This document shows positions 9,358 to 21,300 of a stretch of 64,000 nt of DNA, one piece after another. Each line of letters starts with the position of its first letter. Within the stretch, counting starts at the first letter, position 1. The notes beneath the pieces were generated by a model. The model worked only from the letters and a program-made list of their open reading frames with translations, was not told the origin of the DNA and searched no databases. The position numbers and the translations under genes were made by a program. Location of the stretch: the IMG/VR virus record IMGVR_UViG_3300046536_000256, positions 169,284 through 233,283 of that record; one strand, written 5' to 3'.

Positions 9358-12300
9358 TTACTTACCTCGATAAACAGCGACGGCCAATTTGGTGAATGCA
9401 ATGGTGAGTTCATTACTAACCAGTTTGTTCCGGAAGCTCAACACCATTCGGTTGAACATACCTTTCAAACTGGTCTTGATCAGAACCTCGCGACCATCTT
9501 CAGTCATCAGGGGTCTGTGCATGATCCGACCCACGGTGCCTTTCATTTGGTTCGCGATGACGTATTTGTCAGCGTTTGTACTTGGATCCATGGATTCAAC
9601 CAAGATGGTAATGAACGCTTTACCCGGCGACAGAATCGGCTTGTTAACGTTCAAACTGTTAGACACAGCACCCTTGGTAACATCAGAACCTTCGATCTCG
9701 GCTTTCTTCTTGCGGGCTTTGTCTTGAGCGTTGATGAACTTCCTCACGCTGTCCGACATTTCTTCAAGCGGTGAGTTGTACACCACCTCGATTTTGATGA
9801 CCTTACCGTGATGCTTGGAACGCACTTGTTTGATACCCAGTTTGTTCACTTCGGCAATGAGCACGGCTTCAGCAACATCCGCCACCAAGTGGGCGTCTTC
9901 AACGTTGCATAAAATCGAGTCATAGTCAACAGAATCACCCACTTTGACTTCCAAGCTGATGTTCTGAACCACATCGATCGCAAAGCGCATCCCCTTGATG
10001 TACGGAGTCACACCTTCCATTGCCAGTTCTTTCGCAATAGCAATGGAGTCTTCGTACACGTCTTGGTCTTCCACCATGGCAATCCGCACCATGCGACCCG
10101 CTTTCCAAGCCACTTGACCCGGGCAGAAAGGATCACGAGCAAACCACTGCTCATCCCAACCCAAGACATCGCCTTTCTGGAAAGTATCGCCAACCTTCAG
10201 GTCAGTGATCCGGGTATGACGATGGTACTCACCCGCAGCCTCACCGATTTCCAACCCCAGAGGGTAGACGTCAGTGGTCCCGTCCTTATAGGTCACTCTG
10301 AGAGCGTCCTCAGCGAGCTCTGTGACCTTCCCTGCATCAGCAGCAACCTTGCTGTACAGATCAGACGTACGGTGCGCTACGACGTTCTCGTAGCCTGTAC
10401 GGAGGATGTTCGGCGTGTAGTTCATTGCACTGACCGCCTGACTCGCTTGAGTCGAGGTAAAGGTCGACCGTTTAGGGTCATCGTGCCCAACGCCGTACTG
10501 AAGGTTACCCGTCACCGATACCAGCCCGGAATTGGACCCCTTGTCATCCTTAGCGATGTTACCCCGGAAGTCTTTAATGCGAGGGTCAGAAGAAAGGTAG
10601 GTTACGAAGCCTACTTTACCGCTGTCCTTGTTCGCCTCCGAGATGACCCCCTTGTACGTGTCAAGTTGTTGCCGGGCGCGCTTGACCATGGTGATCTCGC
10701 TACGACCGCCGACCCCACCAAAGGTAACCTCTTCCTGATCCTTCAACTGGTGAATCGGGTTCACCTCTTCCACCAAGTTCACCGAGGTATCGGTAATGAT
10801 GTTGAGGATGACCGCTTCAGGATTGATGTCAATGGAGTGCTTGCGCTCTTTGCCTTTGTTCCGGTACATACGGATGGCTTTAACCATCTCCCGGTACACA
10901 TGGCCCGCAAACCGCTCATACCCAACAATGCGTTGTTCGTCCAGCTCAACCTCATGACGAGAGAAGTCCGTTTCCAGCAACTTCACCGCGTCAATCAGCA
11001 GGTAGTGGAACGAAGTCGCGTAGCCCAACCGCGCCAGCTCTTCCTTGGTCACCGGATCGATAAACAGGTCAAACAGGTTCTTCATTTCCTTGAACTGCTG
11101 CGGCTTAACCTTTGGATCGCCCATCAACGGAACCCAGATACCTTTCTCGTTGAGATCGGTACGACTGAAGTTGCTGATGTTGTTCAGCTTCGGCATGCCA
11201 CCAAAGATCAGACTGGCCAACTTCTCACGACGGTTAAAGATCAGGTACTCGTCGTTGAACGCGATCGCGTACTCATCCTCACTGAGCTTAGGACGGGTGC
11301 CCATCGGAACAGAGCGGGTAGTAGCCCCAGTAACCTCAATCAGTTTGTCAATACCGAAGTAGTAACACAGCACAACGCCCATAGGGAAGTAGTAACCGCT
11401 GATGTTGATCACGGCATACTCAATCGGCGCTTTCGCCGTAGAGACACCCATTAGGCCTTCCACGGTGTTGATCTCGGTGTCCCCTTGGAAGAGGTTACCG
11501 AAACTGTCCACCCACAGCGGCTGCTTGTCCTTCACCCCTACCAGGAAAGCATCTTTCTTGGTGTACTTCTTGAACTCAGGGTGTTGAGTCAGCAGATCGT
11601 CAATACGGAAGTCGAGGGTAATGTCCCCAACCGTGATGAACACAAACTTCTTGGCCAGAATGGAGTAAATGCGTGGCGACGTGTATTCAGCACTGTAACC
11701 TGAACCTTGGCTGTACGTCAGGAAGGCAGGACCACCTTCAGGCTTAATACCCCGAATACGAATCTGCTTCACCAACCACAGGCCGTAATCGTCCACCACC
11801 TTCTGACTACGCAGCACCATGAGCTTGCGGTCATAGTAGCTGGTCAAGGCGACCTTAAAGGCGTTGATCTTGCGGAGTGGCAGTTCCATGCGTTGCAGCT
11901 GCATGTGTTGCTTCACGCCGTCCACGGTAAAAGTCCCGTCCTTCTGCACTTTAGGCAAACGGATTTGGTGGGTGCTCTGCGTACCGTCCACAGGGTGCAA
12001 CTGGATACGCAGGACGTCGTACGAACCTTCAACCCCGGAGATCACTTCCTGCTTGTAGTCCGCCACAGCAACACCGGCGTTCTGAATGCCCACAACCATC
12101 TTGGCGATGTCTTTGTGCAGGAAGCGTTGAGCGTACTCTTGTTTCAACACGGCGGAACGACTGCGGAGCATGCTGTCGTCAAGAACGGTGATGAAGTTAC
12201 CCTCGATCTTACCGTCCAACGAATCGATCTCCTCAGGAGAGATCTGCATGAACTCCCCCAACGTCTGACCGTTGCCCATTTCGATGTGCTGGTACGCAGA

Positions 12301-13683
12301 CCCCTTACGCATGAAGAAGTTCTGTTCAGAGACCGTCAAGGAGCCATCACGAGCCCGTTCTTCCAGAGCCGCTTTAATACCAGCCTCAGGAGTAGGGAAT
12401 GCATCTTTCTTGGTAGAGATTTCCACCGTGGTGGTTTCTACTTCCAGCAGAGCATCGTCTACGTGACTTGTCCAATCCCCAGCAGCTTCATCAATTGGAT
12501 GTTCTGCCTCATCTCCTTGCCCTTCCACCAGTGGACTGTTATTTCCCTGGTGACTCCCGAAAACATCAAGGATGCTACGATCAACAGAATGATCATCCAC
12601 AGGCGCATGCGAGCCAGTAGGCGTGGCTGCTTTTCCGTCACCGGATGCTCGTCCTTGCCCTTGCGCAGCTCCCTTCTCTCCTTGATCCACTGAAGCGTCG
12701 TTTTCCGCTCCTGGGGTTGGGGTTCCTGTTCCATCTTTCTTCTCCTCGTCAGAAATCTCCTTCTCGCTGACCGACCCACGCACTAGGTTCATCAACGCCA
12801 AGTAGAACCGCTTGGTAACGTTGATGCGTTTAGGCGAAACCCCTTCAGGTTTTTGTGCGCCTTCCTTGACGTGTGTGTCCAGTTCTTCGAGCCAGGACTT
12901 GATCGTTTTGATGTTGATGATCAAAGCCTTGCTGTTGGCGGTAAAGATAAAGTGAAGGTCGTCTTCCGCCTGAGGGGTTAACTTACCAAACAAACTGTAC
13001 TCATACTCGCCTTGCAGGAACGCCAACAAATCTAGCAGCCAGTAGCACCCTTCGGCTTTAGTTACCCGAAGAGACTGGTTACTAGGAACCGGAAGACCCT
13101 CTTTAAAGCTCCCAATATACTTTGCATAGTCGACCATCAAATCTTTGTAAGAAGGAATGTTAATAGGCAGTTCAAACCGCAGGAACTGCTTACGTGTTTG
13201 CGCGCGCTCAGCCTCGGTGTTCATGCCTTCAACCAGCATGTTCAACCGGTTGTAATGAATCTCGAAGTTGACAAAGGTAGCAGCACGCTGCGCCCAGGTC
13301 TTATCGGCAATGCCGTAGTTCTTGACGATCAGCACATCGTTGCGGCGATAAACCGTATTGATGTCTTTGGTCCAATTGTAGTTGTAGTGACTGGCGCGGT
13401 AAGACTGAATCGCCTTCTTGACATCAAACGCCAACACACGGCCATGCCCCATCACCGGAGTGAAACGAGGCACGAACTCAATGAACACATCTTCAGGGAA
13501 GTTCGAGATGAAAGCTTCCGACACAGAAGGACCAAACTCTGTAGCCAGCTTCGGCACGAAATGCACCAAGGCTTGCTTCGGCATGACAATCTCGCTCACG
13601 CCGATAAAGTTAGGCTCCATGAGCTCCTGTTTCTTCCGCTGTACAAACAGTTTAAAGAACTCACTGTACGTAAGAAGCCGCAT
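9358..13683 (-). CDS. virion RNA polymerase beta subunit, N-terminal part (phiKZ gp178-like)
   Basis: 1441 aa; RpoB-like motifs SEANKDSGKVG, GDTFQKGDVL, ADKYVIANQMKGTV. Confidence 0.9.
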   Translation of the reverse strand: MRLLTYSEFFKLFVQRKKQELMEPNFIGVSEIVMPKQALVHFVPKLATEFGPSVSEAFISNFPEDVFIEFVPRFTPVMGHGRVLAFDVKKAIQSYRASHYNYNWTKDINTVYRRNDVLIVKNYGIADKTWAQRAATFVNFEIHYNRLNMLVEGMNTEAERAQTRKQFLRFELPINIPSYKDLMVDYAKYIGSFKEGLPVPSNQSLRVTKAEGCYWLLDLLAFLQGEYEYSLFGKLTPQAEDDLHFIFTANSKALIINIKTIKSWLEELDTHVKEGAQKPEGVSPKRINVTKRFYLALMNLVRGSVSEKEISDEEKKDGTGTPTPGAENDASVDQGEKGAAQGQGRASGDGKAATPTGSHAPVDDHSVDRSILDVFGSHQGNNSPLVEGQGDEAEHPIDEAAGDWTSHVDDALLEVETTTVEISTKKDAFPTPEAGIKAALEERARDGSLTVSEQNFFMRKGSAYQHIEMGNGQTLGEFMQISPEEIDSLDGKIEGNFITVLDDSMLRSRSAVLKQEYAQRFLHKDIAKMVVGIQNAGVAVADYKQEVISGVEGSYDVLRIQLHPVDGTQSTHQIRLPKVQKDGTFTVDGVKQHMQLQRMELPLRKINAFKVALTSYYDRKLMVLRSQKVVDDYGLWLVKQIRIRGIKPEGGPAFLTYSQGSGYSAEYTSPRIYSILAKKFVFITVGDITLDFRIDDLLTQHPEFKKYTKKDAFLVGVKDKQPLWVDSFGNLFQGDTEINTVEGLMGVSTAKAPIEYAVINISGYYFPMGVVLCYYFGIDKLIEVTGATTRSVPMGTRPKLSEDEYAIAFNDEYLIFNRREKLASLIFGGMPKLNNISNFSRTDLNEKGIWVPLMGDPKVKPQQFKEMKNLFDLFIDPVTKEELARLGYATSFHYLLIDAVKLLETDFSRHEVELDEQRIVGYERFAGHVYREMVKAIRMYRNKGKERKHSIDINPEAVILNIITDTSVNLVEEVNPIHQLKDQEEVTFGGVGGRSEITMVKRARQQLDTYKGVISEANKDSGKVGFVTYLSSDPRIKDFRGNIAKDDKGSNSGLVSVTGNLQYGVGHDDPKRSTFTSTQASQAVSAMNYTPNILRTGYENVVAHRTSDLYSKVAADAGKVTELAEDALRVTYKDGTTDVYPLGLEIGEAAGEYHRHTRITDLKVGDTFQKGDVLGWDEQWFARDPFCPGQVAWKAGRMVRIAMVEDQDVYEDSIAIAKELAMEGVTPYIKGMRFAIDVVQNISLEVKVGDSVDYDSILCNVEDAHLVADVAEAVLIAEVNKLGIKQVRSKHHGKVIKIEVVYNSPLEEMSDSVRKFINAQDKARKKKAEIEGSDVTKGAVSNSLNVNKPILSPGKAFITILVESMDPSTNADKYVIANQMKGTVGRIMHRPLMTEDGREVLIKTSLKGMFNRMVLSFRNKLVSNELTIAFTKLAVAVYRGK

Positions 13684-13685
13684 TG

Positions 13686-15302
13686 TTACTCCTCAAGACC
13701 GCTCGTAGCAGCCTTCAACATAAACAGAATCGGTTCGTTGACAGGGTCATAAAGGAAACGACCACTGCCACTGATGTAGTACTCGCGCTTACCGAACAAA
13801 GCATTGACTTCAGTCTTGCTGTCCTCGGCGTTCACGCTGTTGCTGTTCAACTGGTCACCGTCGTGGTCGGAGTCATAGCCCGCTTCACGAGAAGGGTCAA
13901 CCGACATGGCATCGAAGTAATCGGGGGTTTCTGTCCGATGTGGGTAACGGGTACAGGTTTCCAGCACTTCCCAATCGGGAGTACGGATGGTCCGAGTCTT
14001 TGCGCCTGTGATGGTCACTAGGTTCACCCGCGCCGGCACGATGGAACCGATACCAATGATCGGGTAACGTGTCTGTTGAGTGATCTGATCCATGACGGTT
14101 TGTTGGCACGACAGGTAGAACAGCTCCATGTACGTGATGGGTTTGACGAACTTACGATCCTTACCTTCAGGCAGGTCGTTGATGTCATAAAGCACACAGA
14201 CATCTTCGCCATCATCATAAACAAGGGCTAGGTAGTGTTTCTCTACCACGATCTCTTTGTTGCGCAAGTGCACGTTGGAGAAGCCGTTGAAGAGTTTGTT
14301 CAACCCGGTAAAGGTTGACCATTTCTCCACCACACTCGGGGCCACTTCGACGTACTCGTATTCGAGGGTCTTGGTGTTCACCAACTTCACTGTCTGCGAA
14401 CCTGGGGTAAAGATGTTCTGCAAGTACTTGCTCAGGAGAGCATGCACACAGACGTACTGGTTGTTCAGCAGCGCCTGATACAGACCGATGTCCGTCGAGT
14501 TAGGGTTAACTCCGTTAGGCTTGAACAAGTCAGCCCGGGAGACCTTACGCGCTGTAATAACGTTACGAGTCCCCGACACCACACCACGCGTTGACAGCCG
14601 CTTCTGAAACAAGCCACCTTTACCTTCAGTCAAACCGAAGAGGTACTGGTCGATGTCGTTGAATGCACTTTGCAAGCCCCAACGCACGTTGTCGTACAGT
14701 GGGTTCTCGGCATCCCGTTGACTTCCTAGGCTAATGACCCGGGTCTTGAAGATCAACTTACGGTACAGTTCGGTGATCTCGGGTTCAGTCGGAGTGCCGT
14801 TAGCTTGGAACTGAATGTCCCGTAAACCAGCCGGAATCACCAAGACCTTATTGCTCACCGAGATGTCGCGGAATTGGGTAACCAATTTCACCCGCTGCTT
14901 ACGTTTATAGGAATCGGTGCTGGCCGGGACGATTTCGTAGAAGTGACGCATAAAGAAAGCGAAACCGGTTTCACCGTCCAGCAGGTTGGATTTTATGAAA
15001 TCCTTCGCCTCTGGATCCCATACCGCGTATTCCGTTCCTTTGAGAATACTGAGGTACAAAGATTTTATTTGTGTCAGTGCTTTGAAGTAGGTTGGGTTGA
15101 AGAGCCCGAGCTTTGTGTCAATGTACGCTTCAGTCTTATCGCGCTCTTTACTACCCAGCTTACCGAAGATCTCTAAGGAGTACAGACCCTCGTCGTTCAG
15201 GTTCTGGGTCATCCCTTCAAAGGCGTCCGTAGACGTGACTTCTTTGAAGACACCCGGCACGATAGACTTGGGGTCTAGCAGTTTAAGGTTTGTGGGTTTC
15301 AT
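13686..15302 (-). CDS. virion RNA polymerase beta' subunit carrying the catalytic Asp triad (phiKZ gp180-like)
   Basis: RpoC-like motifs GLYSLEIFG, LVIPAGLRD, GKGGLFQ, RNVITA and the DxDGD motif (DSDHDGD). Confidence 0.9.
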   Translation of the reverse strand: MKPTNLKLLDPKSIVPGVFKEVTSTDAFEGMTQNLNDEGLYSLEIFGKLGSKERDKTEAYIDTKLGLFNPTYFKALTQIKSLYLSILKGTEYAVWDPEAKDFIKSNLLDGETGFAFFMRHFYEIVPASTDSYKRKQRVKLVTQFRDISVSNKVLVIPAGLRDIQFQANGTPTEPEITELYRKLIFKTRVISLGSQRDAENPLYDNVRWGLQSAFNDIDQYLFGLTEGKGGLFQKRLSTRGVVSGTRNVITARKVSRADLFKPNGVNPNSTDIGLYQALLNNQYVCVHALLSKYLQNIFTPGSQTVKLVNTKTLEYEYVEVAPSVVEKWSTFTGLNKLFNGFSNVHLRNKEIVVEKHYLALVYDDGEDVCVLYDINDLPEGKDRKFVKPITYMELFYLSCQQTVMDQITQQTRYPIIGIGSIVPARVNLVTITGAKTRTIRTPDWEVLETCTRYPHRTETPDYFDAMSVDPSREAGYDSDHDGDQLNSNSVNAEDSKTEVNALFGKREYYISGSGRFLYDPVNEPILFMLKAATSGLEE

Positions 15303-15331
15303 TCAAATTTCCCTTAATTAGGAGTTAGCAC

Positions 15332-18300
15332 ATGGCTGACGATTATAGTTCGGATTGGGGCGATGATCCCTTTTCGGGGGACATGGATTTTGACAGTGAT
15401 TTTGACAGCCCGTCCAACCATGGCTTCCTGCGTTCATTTACCACAGGGTTTCTGAAAGGCTTGGTTGATAAGACCGTCGGTGATACTGACGCCCGAATCG
15501 ACACCTTGAAGATGGTGTTACCGCGCTCTTATCTGGGAGCGTTCAGCACACTAGGTGAGTTGAACCGCCGACGCACTGAGTTGATGCAAGAGATCAAGGG
15601 GGACTCCTACGAGTCCGTAAAAGACCTGCAATACCTTGCCGGACGCGCGGCAGATAAGCTCCGCAAGGTAGCTCCTAATAGAATCGCTGACGGTTTTCAG
15701 GAGTTCAGCAAAAACGATTTCAGTGATTGGGAGCGCTCTAGCAGCAGTTCTAGCAGTGATAGCGGACCTAGTCTGGCCGACACCACCGATGACGATGTAA
15801 AGGAAGCTCTGGCTGCTGCTGACGCAAACTCCATTCTGGAACGCGAAACAGTAATTGGCGCTGCCGGCACTATCACCGACATGATGGCTAACGTCGGGGG
15901 TCGTACCCTGGCTAACCTCTCGGCAATGGGTGCGGGTACCGTTCGGACGAATCAGTTGCTGGAACAAGTCGTTGATTATCAGCGCCGGGTTCAAGCGCGT
16001 AATGATTCCCTGAAACTCAACATCATGACTCGGTCGTACTTGACAGACGCTAAGTTCTACAAGTTCGTTGAGGCAAGTAACCACCGTATTGTTGCTGAAC
16101 TGAAGAAGATCAGCGAAAGCTCGGCTAAGTCGGACTACGAGAAGACCACCCACTCCCAAGCGGTACGTAAGAGTGTGCGGGAATCCGTGTTCAACACCGT
16201 CAAGGCCAAGGTCGGTGGTATTGCTGGGTTTATCGACGAGAAGTTCGGTAAGACCGCTCGAGGTCAATTCGGCAGAGACATCAATGAACTGACCAGCTCG
16301 GTACGCATGGCCGCCGAGATGACTGAAGGGATGAACATCAACCTCGGTGACATCCTGGGTACTGCGGCAGCGGGTATCTTCATCAATAACCTTCCACGGA
16401 TGATGAAGAGCGGCAAAGCCCAAGGTTATCTGAACGAGTTCAAGAAGAAGTTCCCGAAACAAGCCAAGTGGGCGGAAGACGCTTACATCCGTATTGGTGA
16501 CTTGGGTCACGTTGCGTCTTACACCTTGAGCAACGCTGAAGGCCTGACGAACACCATGGCGAAGTATTACCAAGGTGGCAACAGCTTCTCTGAGGCAGAC
16601 AGCTACGAAGAGTACTTGGAAACTCTTCCGCCTGGCGAGAAGCCGATGATCAAGTTCGATTGGACGATCTTGAACAAAGCAAAGCGGCTCGGTAATAAGA
16701 GCATCTCGGGCGTGTTCAACAACATGTCCAAGTCCAACGGCACGCGTTACAACATGGCGCGCCGTACGTTGGAAGATAGCTTTGAACAGACGCTGTGGAA
16801 CAAACGTTCTGATCGCACCTTGAACGAAATCCTGCCGCGGTGGTTAAGCCAGATTCACTTGTCCATCGAGAAGTTCCGGACCGGTAAAGATGACATGCGC
16901 GAAATGACCTACGACTATGTCAAGGGTAAGTTCGTTAGCCACAACCAGAAAATCAGCACCGTGCTCAACCAAGTGCTGGACAAGCGTCAGTTCAGTGCAC
17001 AGGCTGACATGGCGAATGGCTTGGCTGATCGGTTGGACAGCGACAACGCGATGAGTCCTGCCGCCAAGAAGGAGCTGGCGTTCCGTTTGGCGCACGATGG
17101 CGATATGGAGTTGGGGCTTAACCCTTACAACTACCTGCACACTGATAAGGAACACGGTGTCGCTCCGGAGATCGCTAAAGAAATCAAGGAGATGATCCAA
17201 GCTCAATTCGGTATCACCGATGAGCACATCAAAAAGTTCCAAAACGGGACTGACGTGGACCGTGGGAAACTGTTGACGTACATGCCAACGGAAGCGGGTC
17301 GGGCTAAACTTGCTGACCTTGCTCCTCAGGCTCAAACGTTGGCTGCCTTTACCCCGGACATTGTTAACCGTCTGGACTTGTACAAGTCGAATGGGTTTTA
17401 CGAGCCATTAAAGGAAGCGGGCATCGTCAAGTCTGAAAACGGCTGGGACACGGTGAACATGGACATGATGCGGTCTACGTTGCGAGACTTCATTAATGAT
17501 CCTAAACGCGAAACCGCGCAATCCGTTCCTGACGAGGCTCCGTTGCCAAGTCGTGTGTTTGGTGGCGGTGGCGGTCCAACACCACCGGGTCCTGGTCCTA
17601 CGCCTGAGTTCCAGTGGCCGGCGTATCCGAAGTTCGAGTGGCCAGAGTTCCCAGCACTTCCTGCGTGGCCGGCTTATCCACCGTTGCCGGGTCCAGCAGG
17701 TCCTTCTCTGGGCCCTACACCTCCAAGCAATCCTGGTCCTAGTGTTCTCCCGCCGGCTGAACCTCAATCGGTCACGCTGAACGGGATGGAGGACCTAACC
17801 AAGTCTCTGGCGGGTCTGGGTGACTTGAAAGCCAGCATGGATCAGTTGGGTAAATCCTTCTCGGGTTATCGTCCTCCTGAAAATGACGCGGTCTTTGATG
17901 TCAAGCCGATTGTCGATGGCTTCGAAGGGGTAAACAAACGCCTTGAAGCGCTGATGGTTAGCGCCAATGCCCGGAACCAAACCCTGTCTGACATTCTCCT
18001 GCGACAACCTCCGAAACAGAAGGAAGTCTCGGACAGTGATGACAAGGAGATGAACCGGGAAAAGAGAGGTATCCTGGAGAAACTCAAAGGGACTTCCTTC
18101 CGCGACATCTTTAACAATGGCGTGGACAAAATCCTGGATAATCAACCGCTGATTCTGGGTGGGTTACTCGGCGGCTTGGCGGGCATGGCGGTGTACAACC
18201 CGAAAGGGGCTGCCCTGCTGGCGGGTGGCGCGGCTGTTGCAACGGCTTATATGAAGATCAAGAGTCTGTCCACAGCACGTTCGGCGAAAGCTACCGAAGA

Positions 18301-21300
18301 CTTGTACGAAGAAGGGAGCGAGACACCTATCCTGGAAGCGAACAAGCTGTTGAAGGGTGACTACCTGGACATGACGTCGGGTTTCATCATCGACAGCTGG
18401 GACAAGATCACGGGCAGCCTGAAGGACATCACCAACAACACCATTATTGGCGCGCGTCGTCTGGCGGGCAAACTGTTTAACCAAGAGAACAAGGAAGTGT
18501 TCATCTCTGGGTTAAGCAAGATGCGGGATGCCATGATGAAAGCGTGGAACGCTATGGACCCTTTCTCCCGGGTCAAGCGTTGGGGCAATGCGTTGAAGAC
18601 GCGTTTCTACCAGATGGACGTGTATAAGGAAGGGGACGACTCACCGACACTCGTTGGGAAACGTTTTGCGTCGGGTGCTTACTGCAAGCGTAACGAGTCC
18701 GGGGAACTGGTCGTCATCAACGGCTGGAATGAGATCGATGGTCCGGTGTTCACGCCTGAGGGTGATGTCATCATCACCAAGGAAGAGTACGACCGTGGGT
18801 TGAGAACCTCCATGGGCGTCAGTGTCAACAAGCTTCAAGATGGTTCCAAGAAATTGGGTCGTCTGGGTCTTGACTTCCTGGGCAAGATGAAAGACAAAGC
18901 CTCTCCATTCATGAAGGGTGCTTACGACAAGGGTAAAAGCGCGCTGACGGTGAACTACGCACCGATCGTAAACGCTGTAGACCGCATCTACAACCTGTTG
19001 CTGAAACACTGGGGCTACCAGCAGGAAGAAGGGATTGAACTCCCTGAAGCGGCTCCTGCGCAGGCTGAGGTCGTGGACAGCACTGCTACTCCGGTCAAAG
19101 TTGGTATTGCCGCCAATGATGATGTAACAGTTGACCCTCAGGCTCCGATGCCGAAGCACGCAACTATCCAGCCGAAGTCTACACTGGACGCTGCGGTCGA
19201 TGTGGTTAAGGAGAAGCTCACAGCTAACACCCCTCACGGCCGCCTGAACTCTTTGGCCGATAAGAAGGAACAAGCCAAGGAGAAGAAGGAAGACGCCACC
19301 AAAGATGCGATTATTCATATCGCGCAGAACTTTGGTTTCGGTGAGAAGAAAGGGGATGACAAGAAGAAACCGACTGGACTGTTTGGATTGCTGGCAAGTG
19401 GCTTTAGCGCTATCGCCGGTGGGATGTGGGGGATTACCAAATTCTTCACGCGTAACCTGCTGGGTGGCTTTAAGACCTTGTTCAGCTTTGGTTCGTTGGG
19501 TCTGAAAGTCCTGCCTGTCCTGGCGACGGGTATTACCGCCGTGGCTAAGGGGATCTTCACCCTGATCAAAACCCGCAGCATTAGTGATGCGGGCGCTGAC
19601 ATGTGGGACACCGTGCGTGGTCGTAAGACGGGTGCCCGCAGTGCGCGTGGTCGTCGTCCTCCACGTACTCACGCCCAACGTCTAAAGACCGGTGGTAAGT
19701 TGTTGGGTGCCGGTATGGCGATTGACATGGCGGGCGAGTATCTACAGGACGCTGGGATTGTCGATGAAGGCTCCACTACCGATAAGGTGATTAACGCAGC
19801 CAGTACTGCCGCCGAAGTGGCGGGTGCTTACCAAACCGTAGTGGGTGTGGGCGGTGCGCTGGGTGTTGACCTTGGCGTGGGCGCTTTGGCGACTGGTGCA
19901 GGGGCTGCTGCTGCAACTGGAGCATCGTGGCTTGCCGGTACTAGCGCCGCGGGCTGGGTGGCTAGCATGGGTATCGCAGCTGCTCCTATGCTGTTGAACC
20001 CGTATGTGTTGGCAGCCGTTGGTGTGGCCGCGGCTGGGTACGGGATCTACCGGTATATAAACCGAGGAGAGGGGAAGCAGACAGAGCTTCGTTTGACTCA
20101 GTACGGTGTTTCCGATACCGACTCTGATCTGGCGAAGAAGATCCTTAAAGCTGAAGAGATGATGTCGAGTCACGTCGTCATTGGTAACGGTCGCGCTTCG
20201 TTCTCGAAGCAGAGTCCAATCAATGAAGTGATTCAGATGTTCGTCACCGACCCGAAGAACAACAAGGAAGTGGGTGATGTGTTCACCTGGTTCAACGGTC
20301 GATTCAAACCCGTGATGCTGACGTACATGGCGTGTCTTGATACTGTCAAGATAAAATCGTTTAAGGAATACGACGAGGCCAAGACTCAGGACGTCTACAA
20401 GGTGGCGAAACAGGCTCACCAAGGACTTAGCGGACTTCAGCCGTACCCGTACTCGATCACCGCGAAGATTGACTCCGATACCCCACTTCTGGGCGAGAAG
20501 GCAACCCTGATCCGGGTTAACAACTTACTGGAAGACTTGAAAGAGTACATCGATCGCAAAACCCCTTCGGATGATCTGACTGCTATCACCACGCCTAAGT
20601 TCCAGACCAAGGCAGGCCTGGAGAAAGAGAAGGCGGAACTTCAGGCCAAGCTTGATGCGCCGCGTGGGTTCTTTGACAGCGACAAAAAGATTGCATCGAT
20701 TGGTAAAGCGGAAGACCGACTGAAACAAGTGGACGAGGAAATCAAACGCCTCAACGACTCGTACAAAGTGGGTGGTATTGTCGGGCAGATTTACATCAAG
20801 GACTTGATGCCTGACGACAAAGCCATGGACCTGATGACCGCCATTCGCGTGGCGTGCTACGGCAACGACCAGGACGTTACTTGGCGCGTTGAAGCAGTGC
20901 TTAAGCTGGAGCGGTACTGCGAGCCGTTGTTCAGGGACACGGGCGATACCATGGAGTTCACTGGGCAGATTGGGGACATCTTCAACCTGTTCAAAGATTC
21001 CTTCCGTGTGGATAAGGGTGAAGCGGACGATTGGTGCCTGTGGTTCCGTGACCGGTTCTTGCCGGTTCTGACGAACTACATGACCGTCATGAAGAAGTAT
21101 CGTCGTGGTCGTCCGGCCGTGGTGTGGAAAACTTTGTCGGCAACGGCACGGTATGAAATCTCCAAGGCACTGGTAGAGACCAAAGGGAAAGGAACCCTGT
21201 GGTTTGACTTCCCTATCTGGAGCGTACGCGCCTCACCGTTCAAAGACAGTGCATCGCCTGATAAGCCTGAGAAGGTTGATCGGATGCTTAAGCTGTTGGG

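Noticed and set aside
9358-15302. Group I introns or inteins in the RNAP genes
   Set aside because: Both ORFs are continuous, of expected size, with no endonuclease or Hint motifs.
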